From the NCBI RefSeq assembly GCF_988243305.1, contig NZ_OZ547136.1: a stretch of 64,000 nt of DNA. One strand, given 5' to 3'. Shown in pieces: positions 28,242 to 40,511 of the stretch (positions are counted from its first letter, which is position 1; each line of letters opens with the position of its first letter). Below the pieces are notes generated by a model that worked only from the letters and a program-made list of their open reading frames with translations, ran no database searches and was not told the origin of the DNA. The position numbers and the translations under genes were made by a program.

Positions 28242-28275
28242 GTTTCTTAATAGTGTGTTGTAAGCCGGAGAAGGC

Positions 28276-28304
28276 GTGTAGGTCGCACCTTATGCGACCT
28301 ACAC
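28276..28304 (-). terminator. 12-bp perfect hairpin downstream of opgB (GTGTAGGTCGCA-cctta-TGCGACCTACAC)
   Basis: The inverted repeat was read directly, 12 nt after the opgB stop. There is no clear U-tract. Confidence 0.45.
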
Positions 28305-28316
28305 ATCAGTCAGGAA

Positions 28317-30608
28317 TTAACCTTCACGTTCTACCACTTTAATTTCCACCATGCCGATCCCGAGCTTACGCGGCGAGTGTCCGAGGATATTCCCTTCGTT
28401 GGTTGAGACAGGTTCCGGCGGCACAATTACCAGCGTGTCGGCATCGGTTGGGTTATCGAAATGCAGCGTGGTGGTGGTCACTTCATTGCCCAGCACAAGA
28501 GTTTGTTCTTCATTGCCTACGCGTACCGGAATAGGACGGCTGGCGTTATTGCCGTATGCTTTGGCGGTAATCACCAGGTCAAATTTCTTCGGCAGCGGAT
28601 GCTTGTACTCGATTTTTACTTCGTCGCCCAGTTGCGCGTTGGACCAGCGGCCCCACGACTCCGGACGGGAAATCCCGCTAAACTGTTTCACCTCTTCTGG
28701 CGCACCGGCGACGTTAAAGATGAAACTGTCGGCTTTGTAGCGAATATCGTTATCAACAATCTTCAGCGTATCGACATTGCCTTTGTAACGCGCCATGTCG
28801 ATGACCGTATCTTTAAATGCCGTTTTGCCCTTCCATGTTGTTTTATCAACATGCTGGACAATTTGCTGACCGCCAAGCTGCCCTTGCGAGACACACCAGT
28901 CGGTGGAAAGTGCCAGTTCCGGAGCCCAGAGTTGTGCCATCTTATAGCAACGGTCAACCCAGACGAAATTGTCGCGTGGAGCGAAATCGGCCAGCTGGAA
29001 ACGCAGCGGTGCTGAGTATTCACTTTCCGGCAGCGGTTCTACGCGCTTGTCTGAAACCCGCAACAGCAGCGGCAAACGGAAATGGCTACCCGAGAAGGCA
29101 ATCATGTTTTTCTGCTGGTCGATGGTGAACTCTTTCATCTCTTTAGGGAATTTCCACAGGCGGATGATATCCGGCTTCCACGCCAATGTTTTCTCTTTGA
29201 TATTGAGGAAGATTTCCGACATCGACTGCCCGGATAAACTGCTACGACCAAGTCCGAGATAGTTATCGCCACCGAGAATGTCCAGCACCGTCGCGCCGTT
29301 ATCCATCGTGTTACGCTTCACTGCCAGCGTCTCTTGCTGCGGCTTGTCGCCACGGATGACAAAAAACAGGTTATTGCGATCCTGCTTATTAAGGTATTTC
29401 CACGCCGTGTTGTTCATCGCTAAATGGTCAGAAGAGACGACGATAACAGTATCTTTAAACCACGGTGACGCTTTGATTTTGTTGATAAACGTCGCGATAT
29501 TCTCCTGGCTGCAACTTACCGCGCTGAATGACTGATTCGGCTTACCGTCAAAATCATATTTTTTGCGGTTACAGGTACGCGAGATAAAACCATCCGGGTG
29601 ATGGGTATCGACTGTCAGGGTAAACAGTGAGAATCGCTGACCTGAGCGGGAAAGCTCTTCAAACTTTTTCCACGCTTCATCGAGAACGGTATCGTCGTAG
29701 AATCCCCAGTCGTTGCGATAGTGCGGGTCGGCCACCACGCTTTTCAGCTCTTCTGAGCCGTATAAGTGGTCGAAGCCATGCGACTTCAGGAACACATCTT
29801 TACCGGCAAAACGCAGATTCGCGCCCTGCACGAAATAGTTCTGATAACCCGAGTTTTTCAGGATATCGCCCAGACAGATGTTCTGCGGGAAGAAGCTGGA
29901 GACAGAAGCGGAGGCGTTGCCTTCAAAGGGGGCAAAAAGCGGAATGCCACACTGAGAAGCCACCATGCCCGCAATCGTGTAATCTGTTCCCGGCAGCTGC
30001 TGCGTGTGGCTGAAATCCAGGCCTTCATTTTTCAACGCGCCCAGTTCAGGCGTGAGATCCGGGAAAGCCTCGTTATCAAAATAGGTCCGCTCGAGACTTT
30101 CGCCGTAGATATAAACCAGGTTGAGTTTCGGGTCAGGGATAGTTTTCGACGGCTCTTTATAATAAGCCGCAAAGTCCGGGTCGCCGTCGCGTGACTGGGA
30201 TTTCACCAGTTCCGTTATCTGACGAAATGCCGGGCTGGCATCCACTGAGCCCAGCGCCAGTAAGAGTGCCAGCAGGCTGTAACCAAAATGGTGCGGATGA
30301 TGGCGACGACGGCGCAGGATCCAGCCCAGCGCACCGAACACCGCTGTCAGCCCCAGCACAATGCCGATACCCGGAAGAATGTATTTGCTGACGCCAGCAC
30401 CGGTCAGGCTGTTGGTTAAGGTATAGAGAACCGCGTCGTTAATACCATCGCCTGTAAAATAGTCGCTGGCAAACAGGGTGATATTTAAAACGACAAATAG
30501 CCCCAGCACCGTTAACGTGGCTGCAAACCACCAGGTGTTACGTCCCGCTTTCCATGCGTAAATCAGCACAGAGGCGAGAAAAAGGGCGAAAGAGAGTAGT
30601 TCTGACAA
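28317..30608 (-). CDS. opgB: Phosphoglycerol transferase I OpgB (MdoB), 763 aa
   Basis: N-terminal TM segments plus a sulfatase-family periplasmic domain. Recognised as K-12 MdoB. Confidence 0.9.
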   Translation of the reverse strand: MSELLSFALFLASVLIYAWKAGRNTWWFAATLTVLGLFVVLNITLFASDYFTGDGINDAVLYTLTNSLTGAGVSKYILPGIGIVLGLTAVFGALGWILRRRRHHPHHFGYSLLALLLALGSVDASPAFRQITELVKSQSRDGDPDFAAYYKEPSKTIPDPKLNLVYIYGESLERTYFDNEAFPDLTPELGALKNEGLDFSHTQQLPGTDYTIAGMVASQCGIPLFAPFEGNASASVSSFFPQNICLGDILKNSGYQNYFVQGANLRFAGKDVFLKSHGFDHLYGSEELKSVVADPHYRNDWGFYDDTVLDEAWKKFEELSRSGQRFSLFTLTVDTHHPDGFISRTCNRKKYDFDGKPNQSFSAVSCSQENIATFINKIKASPWFKDTVIVVSSDHLAMNNTAWKYLNKQDRNNLFFVIRGDKPQQETLAVKRNTMDNGATVLDILGGDNYLGLGRSSLSGQSMSEIFLNIKEKTLAWKPDIIRLWKFPKEMKEFTIDQQKNMIAFSGSHFRLPLLLRVSDKRVEPLPESEYSAPLRFQLADFAPRDNFVWVDRCYKMAQLWAPELALSTDWCVSQGQLGGQQIVQHVDKTTWKGKTAFKDTVIDMARYKGNVDTLKIVDNDIRYKADSFIFNVAGAPEEVKQFSGISRPESWGRWSNAQLGDEVKIEYKHPLPKKFDLVITAKAYGNNASRPIPVRVGNEEQTLVLGNEVTTTTLHFDNPTDADTLVIVPPEPVSTNEGNILGHSPRKLGIGMVEIKVVEREG

Positions 30609-30861
30609 CGGGCGATCCTCACTAAACCGGGCCGTTTAGCCAACGTTTAAGCTTTTTGAGAAGCACAATGTAATGGCGTCGCCATATTGCTGCAATTCTA
30701 GTGTCAAAAAAATGCGATGTTGTTAGGAATTAGTTTATAAACAGACTTTTTTGATTACGGTCGCTTCCCGTGTAACAGGGGGAAAACCGTCCAGGAGCAG
30801 GGAAAAGGGCAGGAGAGAGCCGCGTCAGCCGGGTAACAGCTAAAACGCGGCGTTTCGCGGT

Positions 30862-31356
30862 TCAGGAAATGAAGTTCAGCCCCTGCTTTAACACCAGATC
30901 GCAGGCTTTGGTTTTCACCTTTTCTGCCAGCGGAGTCGTTCCGATATTATCCAGATTGAGTTGCTGACCATCTTTAGTTTTCAGCAAACCCTGAATGCCA
31001 TCCAGATAGTTGGTGTCTTCTTTTTGCTCTTCACTGTTCAGGCCCAGTTTTTCCAGTACCTGATTCTTGATGTTTTCGGCATCGGTTACCGAAGCCAGCT
31101 TTTGCTTCGCGCAGTATTGCAGAATGCCTGCGGCGTTGTTCATGTTATCTGCGCTTAAGGCCTGGTTCCCGCTGCTAAGCAAGTTAGTTAATGACGCGAG
31201 CGACCAACCGCCTTCCTGTGTCGTGCTGTTTTGGTTGCCAAGTTCGCTGGCGGCGCTGGAGAGCGCATCTTTCCAGGACGCAGCATGCACCCCGGTGGAA
31301 ATTAATGCGCTGGCGGCAATGGCACAGCACAGAAGATGTTTAACAGTTTTCATCAT
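30862..31356 (-). CDS. yjjA: DUF2501-family secreted protein YjjA
   Basis: Signal peptide MMKTVKHLLCCAIAASALISTGVHA. Three consecutive ATGs make the exact start ambiguous (31356-31359+). Confidence 0.8.
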   Translation of the reverse strand: MMKTVKHLLCCAIAASALISTGVHAASWKDALSSAASELGNQNSTTQEGGWSLASLTNLLSSGNQALSADNMNNAAGILQYCAKQKLASVTDAENIKNQVLEKLGLNSEEQKEDTNYLDGIQGLLKTKDGQQLNLDNIGTTPLAEKVKTKACDLVLKQGLNFIS

Positions 31357-31404
31357 CATTACTCAAGGTGGAATTGTGTCGCAGTATACCGCCAGAAACG
31401 GAGA

Positions 31405-32142
31405 TTAATACTCTTTACCCGTTACCCGGCTACGGTAGCTATCCCAGTTGAAGATCACCCACAAACTGTTACCCAGGCGCATACGGTCCATCACGCGTTC
31501 GCCCAGCAACTTGGTCATCTCTTCCATATTACTGTTGGTCAGCATCCCGGTTGGGCGTTTGGAAGAAGAGCGGCGATCGACGATCTGGTTGATGATCACT
31601 TTTTCGTATTTCGATTCGGTTTGCACGCCGATCTCATCGATCACCAGCAGATCAACATTGCTCAGATCGTTAAGCAGTTGTTCTTCGCTGGTACCGCTAT
31701 TCCTGAAGGTATCTTTCATCGCCGACATAATATCGGCCACGGTGATGATCAATACGGATTTACCGCGTAGCAGCAGCTCGTTGCAGATTGCCGCCGCCAG
31801 ATGGTTTTTGCCGGTTCCTGGCTTACCAGAAAAGATGAAGCTGGCGATGTTGCCGTCAAACTCTTCGACATACTGGCGCGCTTTGCTTAACGCATTCATT
31901 TGCCCTTCACACTCAACGCGATAGTTCTCAAAGGAGCAGTTCTGATGCAGTGGACGAATACCGGAGCGGTTAAAGGTGCGCTGCATTTTCATCGCCCGAT
32001 TTTCACGTTCGAGAGCGGCGGAGCGGATCGCCCCTTGTTCTTTCTGCCAGGCCAGTAGTTCTTCACCCGTTTTGAAAGCAGGTTTGATATGGGCAGGCAT
32101 CATTTTTTGCAGGCGTTGCATCAGGTCGCCAACGTTTTTCAT
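31405..32142 (-). CDS. dnaC: Helicase loader DnaC (245 aa)
   Basis: Walker A GKPGTGKNHLAAAI and Walker B LLVIDEIG. Confidence 0.95.
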   Translation of the reverse strand: MKNVGDLMQRLQKMMPAHIKPAFKTGEELLAWQKEQGAIRSAALERENRAMKMQRTFNRSGIRPLHQNCSFENYRVECEGQMNALSKARQYVEEFDGNIASFIFSGKPGTGKNHLAAAICNELLLRGKSVLIITVADIMSAMKDTFRNSGTSEEQLLNDLSNVDLLVIDEIGVQTESKYEKVIINQIVDRRSSSKRPTGMLTNSNMEEMTKLLGERVMDRMRLGNSLWVIFNWDSYRSRVTGKEY

Positions 32143-32144
32143 CG

Positions 32145-32684
32145 TTACCCTCTGAATCCTGGTGGAATTTGGCTGTCAGGTTCACTGACCGTATTCACAT
32201 CTCGTTTCGGCAGTCCGCCGTTGCTGGCACGACCGATTTGCAGGCTGCGCGCCAGTTTTTGTTGCCACTGCACATGGTGAAAGACTTTACCTTCCGCCTG
32301 CCAGTAGGCAATGAATGAGGCCAGTTCTTCGGTGGTCACCGGCTCTCTTAGCGCCACGCCCCATAGCGCCGCAAGGCGGATAAAGTCGGCATCGGGTTGC
32401 CAGTCCGGATACATGGCGAATTTCCCCATGGGTACAGCAACGGGAGCAGCTTGCGGTTCCTGATAGAGTTGATCGTCCAGAGCGACATCGCTTCCCGGAC
32501 GCGCCAGCTTTTCTTCCAGCGCCAGCAGTTCAGCCAGGCGTGCAGGCGTGACGGCATAAAACGCCGGGGCATTGTTAGCAAATACGGCAACCACACCGCC
32601 TTCAGCTTTTGCCAGAACGGTTTGGTGATCGTGTACCAGGGCGTCAATACCAACGACGTCCGGGGTTAAAACTCTGGAAGACAT
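32145..32684 (-). CDS. dnaT: Primosomal protein DnaT (179 aa)
   Basis: Starts [21 protein letters not shown]. Its stop lies 2 nt upstream of the dnaC start. Confidence 0.92.
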
Positions 32685-32790
32685 ACTGTTTCTCAAATAT
32701 GGAACGATGAACGAGAAGGGAGATAACTTTTATAGTAACACACGGAGGAGAGGAGGCTGTCTCTCATCCGTGTGCTTAAGCGAGGCAATT

Positions 32791-34025
<1,235 letters not shown>

Positions 34026-34643
34026 AACTCGCCCTTTGTCATAGACGTGCTGCGTATTGTTCAGATAATGAGAATCCATTTGTATCATGAAGCACGGTTG
34101 TTTTGCGGTAGGTTAAGATCAAAATTGCGCTGATTAATCCTGGTTATCGGGAGAAGCTCGGTGATAAAAAGCGAATTATCTCTCGTCGCAAACAAATTAT
34201 CACATGAATATTATCACTATAATGAATTTATTGTTTAGCCTTTACGAATCAGGATAAAAGATAACTGGGCGCGTTTTTTAATTTTTACAAGTTAAAACTA
34301 TCAGATTTTATTGAATAAATATTGATTGTGTGATTTTGCATTCTGCGGGAAGGGATATCAGTTAATTATAAATTAAATGAATGAGAATTCTGTTTTTCAT
34401 TAAGTATTTCTAACAACTTAATGTAGATATTTTAAATGTCTCCAGGCTATTTCACCAGGTTATCATTTGATGCTAACCTTCTGACACATGCAGTGGAGTT
34501 GTTGTGCAGCAGGAGTATGCTGATATGAAAGTGAATGCTAAGGATAATTTATTCGCTTAATCTATTAATTTGCTGGAAACATTTAAGGAATGAATATCCT
34601 GAATAAACCATCGTAATTTTTAGACAGTGGATGTGGAGGAAAT

Positions 34644-35369
34644 ATGTTGCCAGGATGCTGCAAAAATGGAATTGTTATCAGTAAAATACCTGTTATGCAA
34701 GCAGGGTTAAAAGAGGTCATGAGGACTCACTTCCCTGAATATGAAATAATATCCAGCGCCTCTGCGGAGGACCTTACCTTATTACAATTACGTCGTTCCG
34801 GATTAGTCATTGCTGATTTAGCCGGTGAAAGTGAAGATCCACGTTCTGTTTGTGAACATTATTATTCTTTAATCTCGCAATATCGGGAAATTCACTGGGT
34901 TTTCATGGTGTCACGCTCCTGGTATTCCCAGGCAGTAGAACTGCTTATGTGCCCTACGGCGACGTTATTGTCTGATGTTGAACCCATTGAGAATCTGGTC
35001 AAGACCGTACGTTCCGGCAATACGCACGCAGAGCGTATCAGCGCCATGCTGACCTCTCCGGCAATGACTGAAACTCATGATTTTAGCTATCGCTCCGTCA
35101 TTCTCACTCTTTCAGAGCGCAAGGTACTGCGGCTATTAGGTAAAGGATGGGGCATCAACCAGATAGCTTCATTGCTTAAGAAAAGTAATAAAACTATCAG
35201 CGCCCAAAAAAACAGTGCGATGCGTCGACTGGCAATTCACAGCAACGCTGAAATGTATGCATGGATAAATAGCGCGCAGGGTGCAAGAGAACTTAACTTG
35301 CCTTCTGTTTATGGAGATGCCGCAGAATGGAACACAGCCGAATTAAGAAGAGAAATGTCGCACTCATAG
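34644..35369 (+). CDS. yjjQ: LuxR/FixJ-type transcription factor YjjQ (241 aa)
   Basis: C-terminal GerE HTH ([41 protein letters not shown]). Confidence 0.88.
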
Positions 35370-36004
35370 AAAAATGCGTCATGAGCAGTATCGGTATTGA
35401 GAGTTTATTCAGAAAGTTTGCGGGTAACCCTTATAAGCTCCATACCTATACCAGTCAGGAGTCATTTCAGGATGCCATGTCGCGGATCTCATTTGCGGCG
35501 GTCATTTTTTCTTTTTCTGCCATGAGAAGTGAGCGCAGAGAGGGATTATCTTGCCTGACTGAACTGGCGATTAAGTTTCCGCGTACCCGGCGTTTAGTTA
35601 TTGCGGATGATGATATTGAAGCTCGGCTGATTGGTTCATTGTCGCCATCACCGTTGGACGGTGTATTAAGTAAAGCGTCAACGCTGGAGATTTTTCATCA
35701 GGAACTCTTTTTGTCATTAAATGGTGTACGTCAGGCGACCGACCGACTGAACAATCAGTGGTACATTAATCAAAGCCGAACGCTAAGCCCGACGGAGAGA
35801 GAAATATTGCGCTTTATGTCGCGTGGCTACTCAATGACACAAATTGCCGAGCAGCTTAAACGCAATATCAAAACGATCCGTGCACATAAATTTAATGTGA
35901 TGTCGAAACTGGGCGTGAGTTCTGATGCAGGGTTGTTGGAGGCCGCAGATATTCTGTTATGTATGCGGCATTGCGAAGCAAGTAATGTGTTGCATCCCTA
36001 TTAA
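35327..36004 (+). CDS. bglJ: LuxR/FixJ-type transcription factor BglJ (225 aa)
   Basis: C-terminal GerE HTH ([43 protein letters not shown]). Overlaps yjjQ by 43 nt. Confidence 0.88.
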
Positions 36005-36040
36005 TCCACATGATGCCGGGTTTACTTCCCCGGCAGTGCT

Positions 36041-36829
36041 TCATTTCAGCGTACAATCGCCACATTGCTGCACATCCGGTAAGCGATAACGCTGGCAGCA
36101 AGTGCGGCGCACCAGCAGGCCGTCGCGCAGTACCACGGTACGCCAGAGTGGATTATCTTCACCGGTCGTGAGCGTTTTCTCAAAAAAGAGGGCATGGCGC
36201 AGCGATTCAACCGTCGCCTCGCCAAGCAGCTGTTTCATCTCAGTCAGATACCAGTTGATCAAATAACCGGTATTGCTCCAGATAAGTTTGCCGTTGATCT
36301 CTCCCGTTGCTTCTAATGCCTGCACTACCGGAACCAGCGCCTGACTGATTAACGTTTCCATTCGCTGCTGCGGCGAATGTAGTGTTGCGTTTTTATCTTC
36401 ACACACATCGACCCAGAAACAGGCGGCGCGTCCGGTTTCGTGAAACTCAACGTGGAAATGTTCCGGCGACACATCTAATGCTTTTTCCTGCGTCAGCAGC
36501 GCCAACATTAATGGTGGCACCATCAGGCCGATATACCATTGCGCCCATAGTGAGATCAGCGGTTTGTTCTCGCGGATCATCGTTGGTTGGTTGCGATAGA
36601 TATGATCGGAATAGACCGCGAGTAGAGAACTTAGCGCATTCGTTGATGACCATTGCGCCAGCGTCATGGCGTTAAGCGGAGCGGGTTCATCCAGGCGGAT
36701 AAACTCGAGCAAATGTTCACGATGTTCGGCGATCGTCGCCCGTATGGCTTGTGCAAGCCCAGCATCCTGCGGCTGGAGATGCGTTCGCCAGATAACATCT
36801 TCATAGAGCGGTGCGGAACGATAGGCCAT
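36041..36829 (-). CDS. fhuF: Ferric-siderophore reductase FhuF (262 aa)
   Basis: C-terminal 2Fe-2S motif CCQRYRLPDVQQCGDCTL. Confidence 0.92.
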   Translation of the reverse strand: MAYRSAPLYEDVIWRTHLQPQDAGLAQAIRATIAEHREHLLEFIRLDEPAPLNAMTLAQWSSTNALSSLLAVYSDHIYRNQPTMIRENKPLISLWAQWYIGLMVPPLMLALLTQEKALDVSPEHFHVEFHETGRAACFWVDVCEDKNATLHSPQQRMETLISQALVPVVQALEATGEINGKLIWSNTGYLINWYLTEMKQLLGEATVESLRHALFFEKTLTTGEDNPLWRTVVLRDGLLVRRTCCQRYRLPDVQQCGDCTLK

Positions 36830-36846
36830 AATCGGGATAGTAATCT

Positions 36847-36869
36847 AAATGATAATGATTGCTAATCCT
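36847..36869. promoter_or_regulatory. Fur box at the fhuF promoter
   Basis: aaatGATAATGATtgctaatcct: the first 9 nt match the Fur consensus GATAATGATAATCATTATC. Confidence 0.6.
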
Positions 36870-36912
36870 AGCGATAGGTTTACCCGATAGCAAGGGATTT
36901 CTCTGGCTTGCA

Positions 36913-36951
36913 AATGATAAAAATTATCATATGATATTGGTTATCATTATC
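36913..36951. promoter_or_regulatory. Tandem Fur boxes upstream of yjjZ
   Basis: ATGATAAAAATTATCAT is a near-palindrome. GATATTGGTTATCATTATC matches 16 of 19 positions of the Fur consensus. Confidence 0.7.
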
Positions 36952-36969
36952 AATGAAAGAGATGAAACC

Positions 36970-37206
36970 ATGTTGCAACGTACGCTGGGCAGTGGCTGGG
37001 GAGTGTTGCTGCCGGGATTGCTGATTGCAGGGCTGATGTATGCGGATTTATCGCCGGATCAATGGCGGATTATCATTCTGATGGGATTAGTATTGACGCC
37101 GGTGATGCTGTATCACAAACAGTTGCGGCATTACATTTTGCTACCATCGTGCCTGGCGCTTATTGCTGGCATCATGCTGATGATAATGAATTTGAATCAG
37201 GGATGA
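36970..37206 (+). CDS. yjjZ: Small membrane protein YjjZ (78 aa)
   Basis: MLQRTLGSGWGVLLPGLLIAGLMYADLS... has two hydrophobic helices. Fur boxes lie upstream. Confidence 0.7.
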   Translation: MLQRTLGSGWGVLLPGLLIAGLMYADLSPDQWRIIILMGLVLTPVMLYHKQLRHYILLPSCLALIAGIMLMIMNLNQG

Positions 37207-37244
37207 AAAATCAGGGAAGAAACAAGAAAGGAAGTAAAGATAAT

Positions 37245-37331
37245 TGGTGCGAGGGGGGGGACTTGAACCCCCACGTCCGTAAGGACACTAACACCTGAAG
37301 CTAGCGCGTCTACCAATTCCGCCACCTTCGC
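37245..37331 (-). tRNA. leuV: tRNA-Leu (anticodon CAG), 87 nt
   Basis: The reverse complement reads GCGAAGGTGGCGGAATTGGTAGACGCGCTAGCTTCAGGTGTTAGTGTCCTTACGGACGTGGGGGTTCAAGTCCCCCCCCTCGCACCA. It has a long variable arm and an encoded CCA. Confidence 0.97.
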
Positions 37332-37365
37332 ACAGTCATCTTACTTTTTTTGATATCGCCTCGTT

Positions 37366-37452
37366 TGGTGCGAGGGGGGGGACTTGAACCCCCACGTCCG
37401 TAAGGACACTAACACCTGAAGCTAGCGCGTCTACCAATTCCGCCACCTTCGC
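37366..37452 (-). tRNA. leuP: tRNA-Leu (CAG), identical copy 2
   Basis: Identical 87-nt sequence. Confidence 0.97.
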
Positions 37453-37480
37453 CCAGTGCGAGCAATATCAACGTGGTTTT

Positions 37481-37567
37481 TGGTGCGAGGGGGGGGACTT
37501 GAACCCCCACGTCCGTAAGGACACTAACACCTGAAGCTAGCGCGTCTACCAATTCCGCCACCTTCGC
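37481..37567 (-). tRNA. leuQ: tRNA-Leu (CAG), identical copy 3 (first transcribed)
   Basis: Identical 87-nt sequence. Confidence 0.97.
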
Positions 37568-37601
37568 ATACCATCAATTCTTAAAAAGAATTGCTACCAC
37601 G

Positions 37602-37636
37602 GAGGCGCATTCTAGTGGTTTTCAGCTTTTCGTCAA
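37602..37636 (-). promoter_or_regulatory. leuQPV operon promoter: -35 TTGACG, 16-bp spacer, -10 TAGAAT, GC-rich discriminator GCGCCTCC
   Basis: Read on the minus strand about 35 nt upstream of leuQ. The GC discriminator is typical of stringently controlled stable-RNA promoters. Confidence 0.65.
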
Positions 37637-37725
37637 TAGTTAATTATCGCCGGAGGTGTAATTGCTGGAAAAATGTCCATCAGCGGATTGTGGATAATTC
37701 GTTTGTCGGTCAGAGAAGGCGTGTA

Positions 37726-37751
37726 CGCCGCATCCGACACGGTATGCGGCG
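37726..37751 (-). terminator. Hairpin downstream of rsmC (CGCCGCAT-N10-ATGCGGCG)
   Basis: An 8-bp perfect inverted repeat 15 nt after the rsmC stop. Confidence 0.45.
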
Positions 37752-37766
37752 ACAGATATCAGATAC

Positions 37767-38798
37767 TTAACCTTTCTTCGCCTGGCGGGTCATAATGGCG
37801 CGATACACCTTGAAGCGCCCGGTTTGCGCGATCACTTCGTGGAAGCCAAATGTCTCATCCAGCACGTCCGGATAAGGCAGGAAGGCGTTCGCTACAATTC
37901 GCAGCTCGCCGCCGCTATTAAGATGACGCACCGCGCCGCGAATCAGCGTTTGCGCCGCATCGAGGCTGGTTTGCATCCCATCGTGGAACGGCGGGTTGGA
38001 GATGATCATATCAAAACGACCTTTCACCTCGGAAAAGACGTTACTGGCAAAGACTTCACCTTCAACACCGTTGGCCGCAAGTGTTGCGCGGCTGGCTTCT
38101 ACCGCTGGCGCAGAGACATCGCACAGAGTGAGACGAATTTTCGGTGAATGGCGCGCAAAGGCAACCGAAAGCACGCCCGCGCCGCAGCCGACATCCAGCA
38201 CTTTACCTTTCGTGTGCGGAGTTAACGTCGAGAGCAGCAACTGGCTACCGACATCCAGACCGTCGCGGCTAAACACGCCCGGCAGCGTTTTGACCGTCAG
38301 GCCATCGACGCTGTATTCGCCCCAGAATTTATCGGCATCAAACACCGGCTGTTTTTCCAGACGACCAAAATAGAGGCCACAGCGACGAGCGCTGTCCACT
38401 TTATTCAACGGCGCATAATCTGCCAGCATCTGCTCGGCGCTGCGCACGCCGCTGCGGTTCTCGCCAACGACAAAAATATCCGTGCCCACCGGCAGCAGAG
38501 AAAGTAAATTCATCAACTGGAACTGGGCTTCCGGTTTGTTCTTCGGCCAGTAGTAAATCAGCGTATCGCAATCTGCGACATCATCCGCCGTGGCGACCAG
38601 ACTAAAACGGGCGTTATCCCCCATCTGGCGGCTTAACACCTGCCAATGGTGGAATTGCTGGGTATGAGCACGGCTGGCCGCGGTATCTAAACGCGCGGGC
38701 AGGTCATCCTGTAAGTCTCCGGCAAACAGAATACGGCTTTGTTCGAAATCATCACTGTGACGCAGCAAGACTTCACTTGCCGGGGTAAATGCAGACAT
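37767..38798 (-). CDS. rsmC: 16S rRNA m2G1207 methyltransferase RsmC (343 aa)
   Basis: SAM motif [12 protein letters not shown] and NPPFH motif. Confidence 0.92.
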   Translation of the reverse strand: MSAFTPASEVLLRHSDDFEQSRILFAGDLQDDLPARLDTAASRAHTQQFHHWQVLSRQMGDNARFSLVATADDVADCDTLIYYWPKNKPEAQFQLMNLLSLLPVGTDIFVVGENRSGVRSAEQMLADYAPLNKVDSARRCGLYFGRLEKQPVFDADKFWGEYSVDGLTVKTLPGVFSRDGLDVGSQLLLSTLTPHTKGKVLDVGCGAGVLSVAFARHSPKIRLTLCDVSAPAVEASRATLAANGVEGEVFASNVFSEVKGRFDMIISNPPFHDGMQTSLDAAQTLIRGAVRHLNSGGELRIVANAFLPYPDVLDETFGFHEVIAQTGRFKVYRAIMTRQAKKG

Positions 38799-38900
38799 GG
38801 AATGCTCCTCAATTGATACTGGCGGCGATTATAGCCATATGTTGGCGCGGTATCGACGAATTTGCTATATTTGCGCCCCTGACAACAGGAGCGATTCGCT

Positions 38901-39314
38901 ATGACATCCCGACGAGACTGGCAGTTACAGCAACTGGGCATTACCCAGTGGTCGCTGCGTCGCCCTGGCGCGTTGCAGGGGGAGATTGCCATTGCGATCC
39001 CGGCACACGTCCGTCTGGTGATGGTGGCAAACGATCTTCCCGCCCTGACTGATCCTTTAGTGAGCGATGTTCTGCGCGCATTAACCGTCAGCCCCGATCA
39101 AGTGCTGCAACTGACGCCAGAAAAAATCGCGATGCTGCCGCAAGGCAGTCGCTGCAACAGCTGGCGGTTGGGTACTGACGAACCGCTATCACTGGAAGGC
39201 GCTCAGGTGGCATCACCGGCGCTCACCGAATTACGGGCAAACCCAACGGCACGCGCCGCGTTATGGCAACAAATTTGCACATATGAACACGATTTCTTCC
39301 CTCGAAACGACTGA
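38901..39314 (+). CDS. holD: DNA polymerase III psi subunit HolD (137 aa)
   Basis: MTSRRDWQLQQLGITQWSLRRPGALQGE... is recognised. Overlaps rimI. Confidence 0.92.
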   Translation: MTSRRDWQLQQLGITQWSLRRPGALQGEIAIAIPAHVRLVMVANDLPALTDPLVSDVLRALTVSPDQVLQLTPEKIAMLPQGSRCNSWRLGTDEPLSLEGAQVASPALTELRANPTARAALWQQICTYEHDFFPRND

Positions 39315-39729
39315 TTTACCAGCGGCTTACCACATTGAACAACGCGCCCACGCCTTTCCGTGGAGTGAAAAAACCTTTGCCAGCAACCAGGGCGAGCGTT
39401 ATCTCAACTTTCAGTTAACGCAAAACGGCAAAATGGCGGCGTTTGCGATTACGCAAGTGGTGCTGGATGAAGCTACATTGTTCAATATTGCGGTCGATCC
39501 TGACTATCAGCGTCAGGGACTGGGAAGGGCGCTGCTGGAACATCTGATCGACGAACTGGAAAAACGCGGCGTGGCGACGCTCTGGCTGGAAGTCCGTGCC
39601 TCAAACGCTGCCGCCATTGCCCTGTACGAAAGTTTAGGCTTTAACGAGGCGACAATTCGCCGCAATTACTACCCCACCACGGACGGTCGCGAAGACGCCA
39701 TCATCATGGCGTTGCCAATCAGTATGTAA
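39283..39729 (+). CDS. rimI: Ribosomal protein S18 alanine N-acetyltransferase RimI (148 aa)
   Basis: GNAT motif [13 protein letters not shown]. Confidence 0.92.
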   Translation: MNTISSLETTDLPAAYHIEQRAHAFPWSEKTFASNQGERYLNFQLTQNGKMAAFAITQVVLDEATLFNIAVDPDYQRQGLGRALLEHLIDELEKRGVATLWLEVRASNAAAIALYESLGFNEATIRRNYYPTTDGREDAIIMALPISM

Positions 39730-39743
39730 GACAAGGTGGAATA

Positions 39744-40421
39744 ATGAAGTGGGACTGGATTTTCTTTGATGCCGATGAAACGCTGTTTACCTTTGACTCA
39801 TTCACCGGCCTGCAGCGGATGTTTCTTGATTACAGCGTCACCTTTACCGCTGAAGATTTTCAGGACTATCAGGCCGTTAACAAGCCACTGTGGGTAGATT
39901 ATCAAAACGGCGCGATCACTTCATTACAGCTTCAGCACGGGCGTTTTGAGAGCTGGGCCGAACGGCTGAACGTCGAGCCAGGTAAACTCAACGACGCCTT
40001 TATTAATGCGATGGCGGAAATCTGCACGCCGCTGCCGGGTGCGGTTTCCTTGCTTAATGCCATTCGCGGCAACGCCAAAATCGGCATCATCACCAACGGC
40101 TTTAGCGCCTTGCAGCAAGTGCGTCTGGAACGCACGGGCCTGCGTGATTATTTCGATTTGTTGGTGATTTCCGAAGAAGTTGGCGTAGCCAAACCGAATA
40201 AGAAAATTTTCGATTATGCGCTGGAACAGGCGGGCAATCCTGACCGTTCACGCGTGCTGATGGTTGGCGACACTGCCGAGTCCGATATTCTCGGTGGCAT
40301 CAACGCCGGGCTTGCGACCTGCTGGCTGAATGCGCACAATCGCGAGCAACCAGAAGGCATCGCGCCTACCTGGACCGTTTCTTCGTTGCACGAACTGGAG
40401 CAGCTCCTGTGTAAACACTGA
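39744..40421 (+). CDS. yjjG: HAD-family pyrimidine 5'-nucleotidase YjjG (225 aa)
   Basis: HAD motif [10 protein letters not shown] and motif [11 protein letters not shown]. Confidence 0.9.
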   Translation: MKWDWIFFDADETLFTFDSFTGLQRMFLDYSVTFTAEDFQDYQAVNKPLWVDYQNGAITSLQLQHGRFESWAERLNVEPGKLNDAFINAMAEICTPLPGAVSLLNAIRGNAKIGIITNGFSALQQVRLERTGLRDYFDLLVISEEVGVAKPNKKIFDYALEQAGNPDRSRVLMVGDTAESDILGGINAGLATCWLNAHNREQPEGIAPTWTVSSLHELEQLLCKH

Positions 40422-40511
40422 TTGCCTCCCCCCCGTTGATGGGTAAAATAGCCGCAATTTTTCGTTTTCAACAAGCGCGGCGCGATGCCGCTTACTCAAG
40501 AAGAAAGAATT

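Noticed and set aside
34089-34643. 555-bp very AT-rich gap with no ORF, considered as a decayed mobile element or a missed small gene
   Set aside because: It has no terminal repeats and no convincing ORF or RBS. It corresponds to the yjjP/yjjQ divergent control region, known (from memory) to be H-NS-silenced in K-12.
37245-37567. Three identical 87-bp repeats with about 30-bp unique spacers, superficially like a CRISPR array or a tRNA-linked integration hotspot
   Set aside because: The repeats are complete tRNA-Leu(CAG) genes (leuV/P/Q) with CCA ends and an upstream stable-RNA promoter. No cas genes, integrase, or duplicated tRNA 3' fragments (att sites) flank them. The G8 run is the T-arm/acceptor region, not a phase-variation tract.
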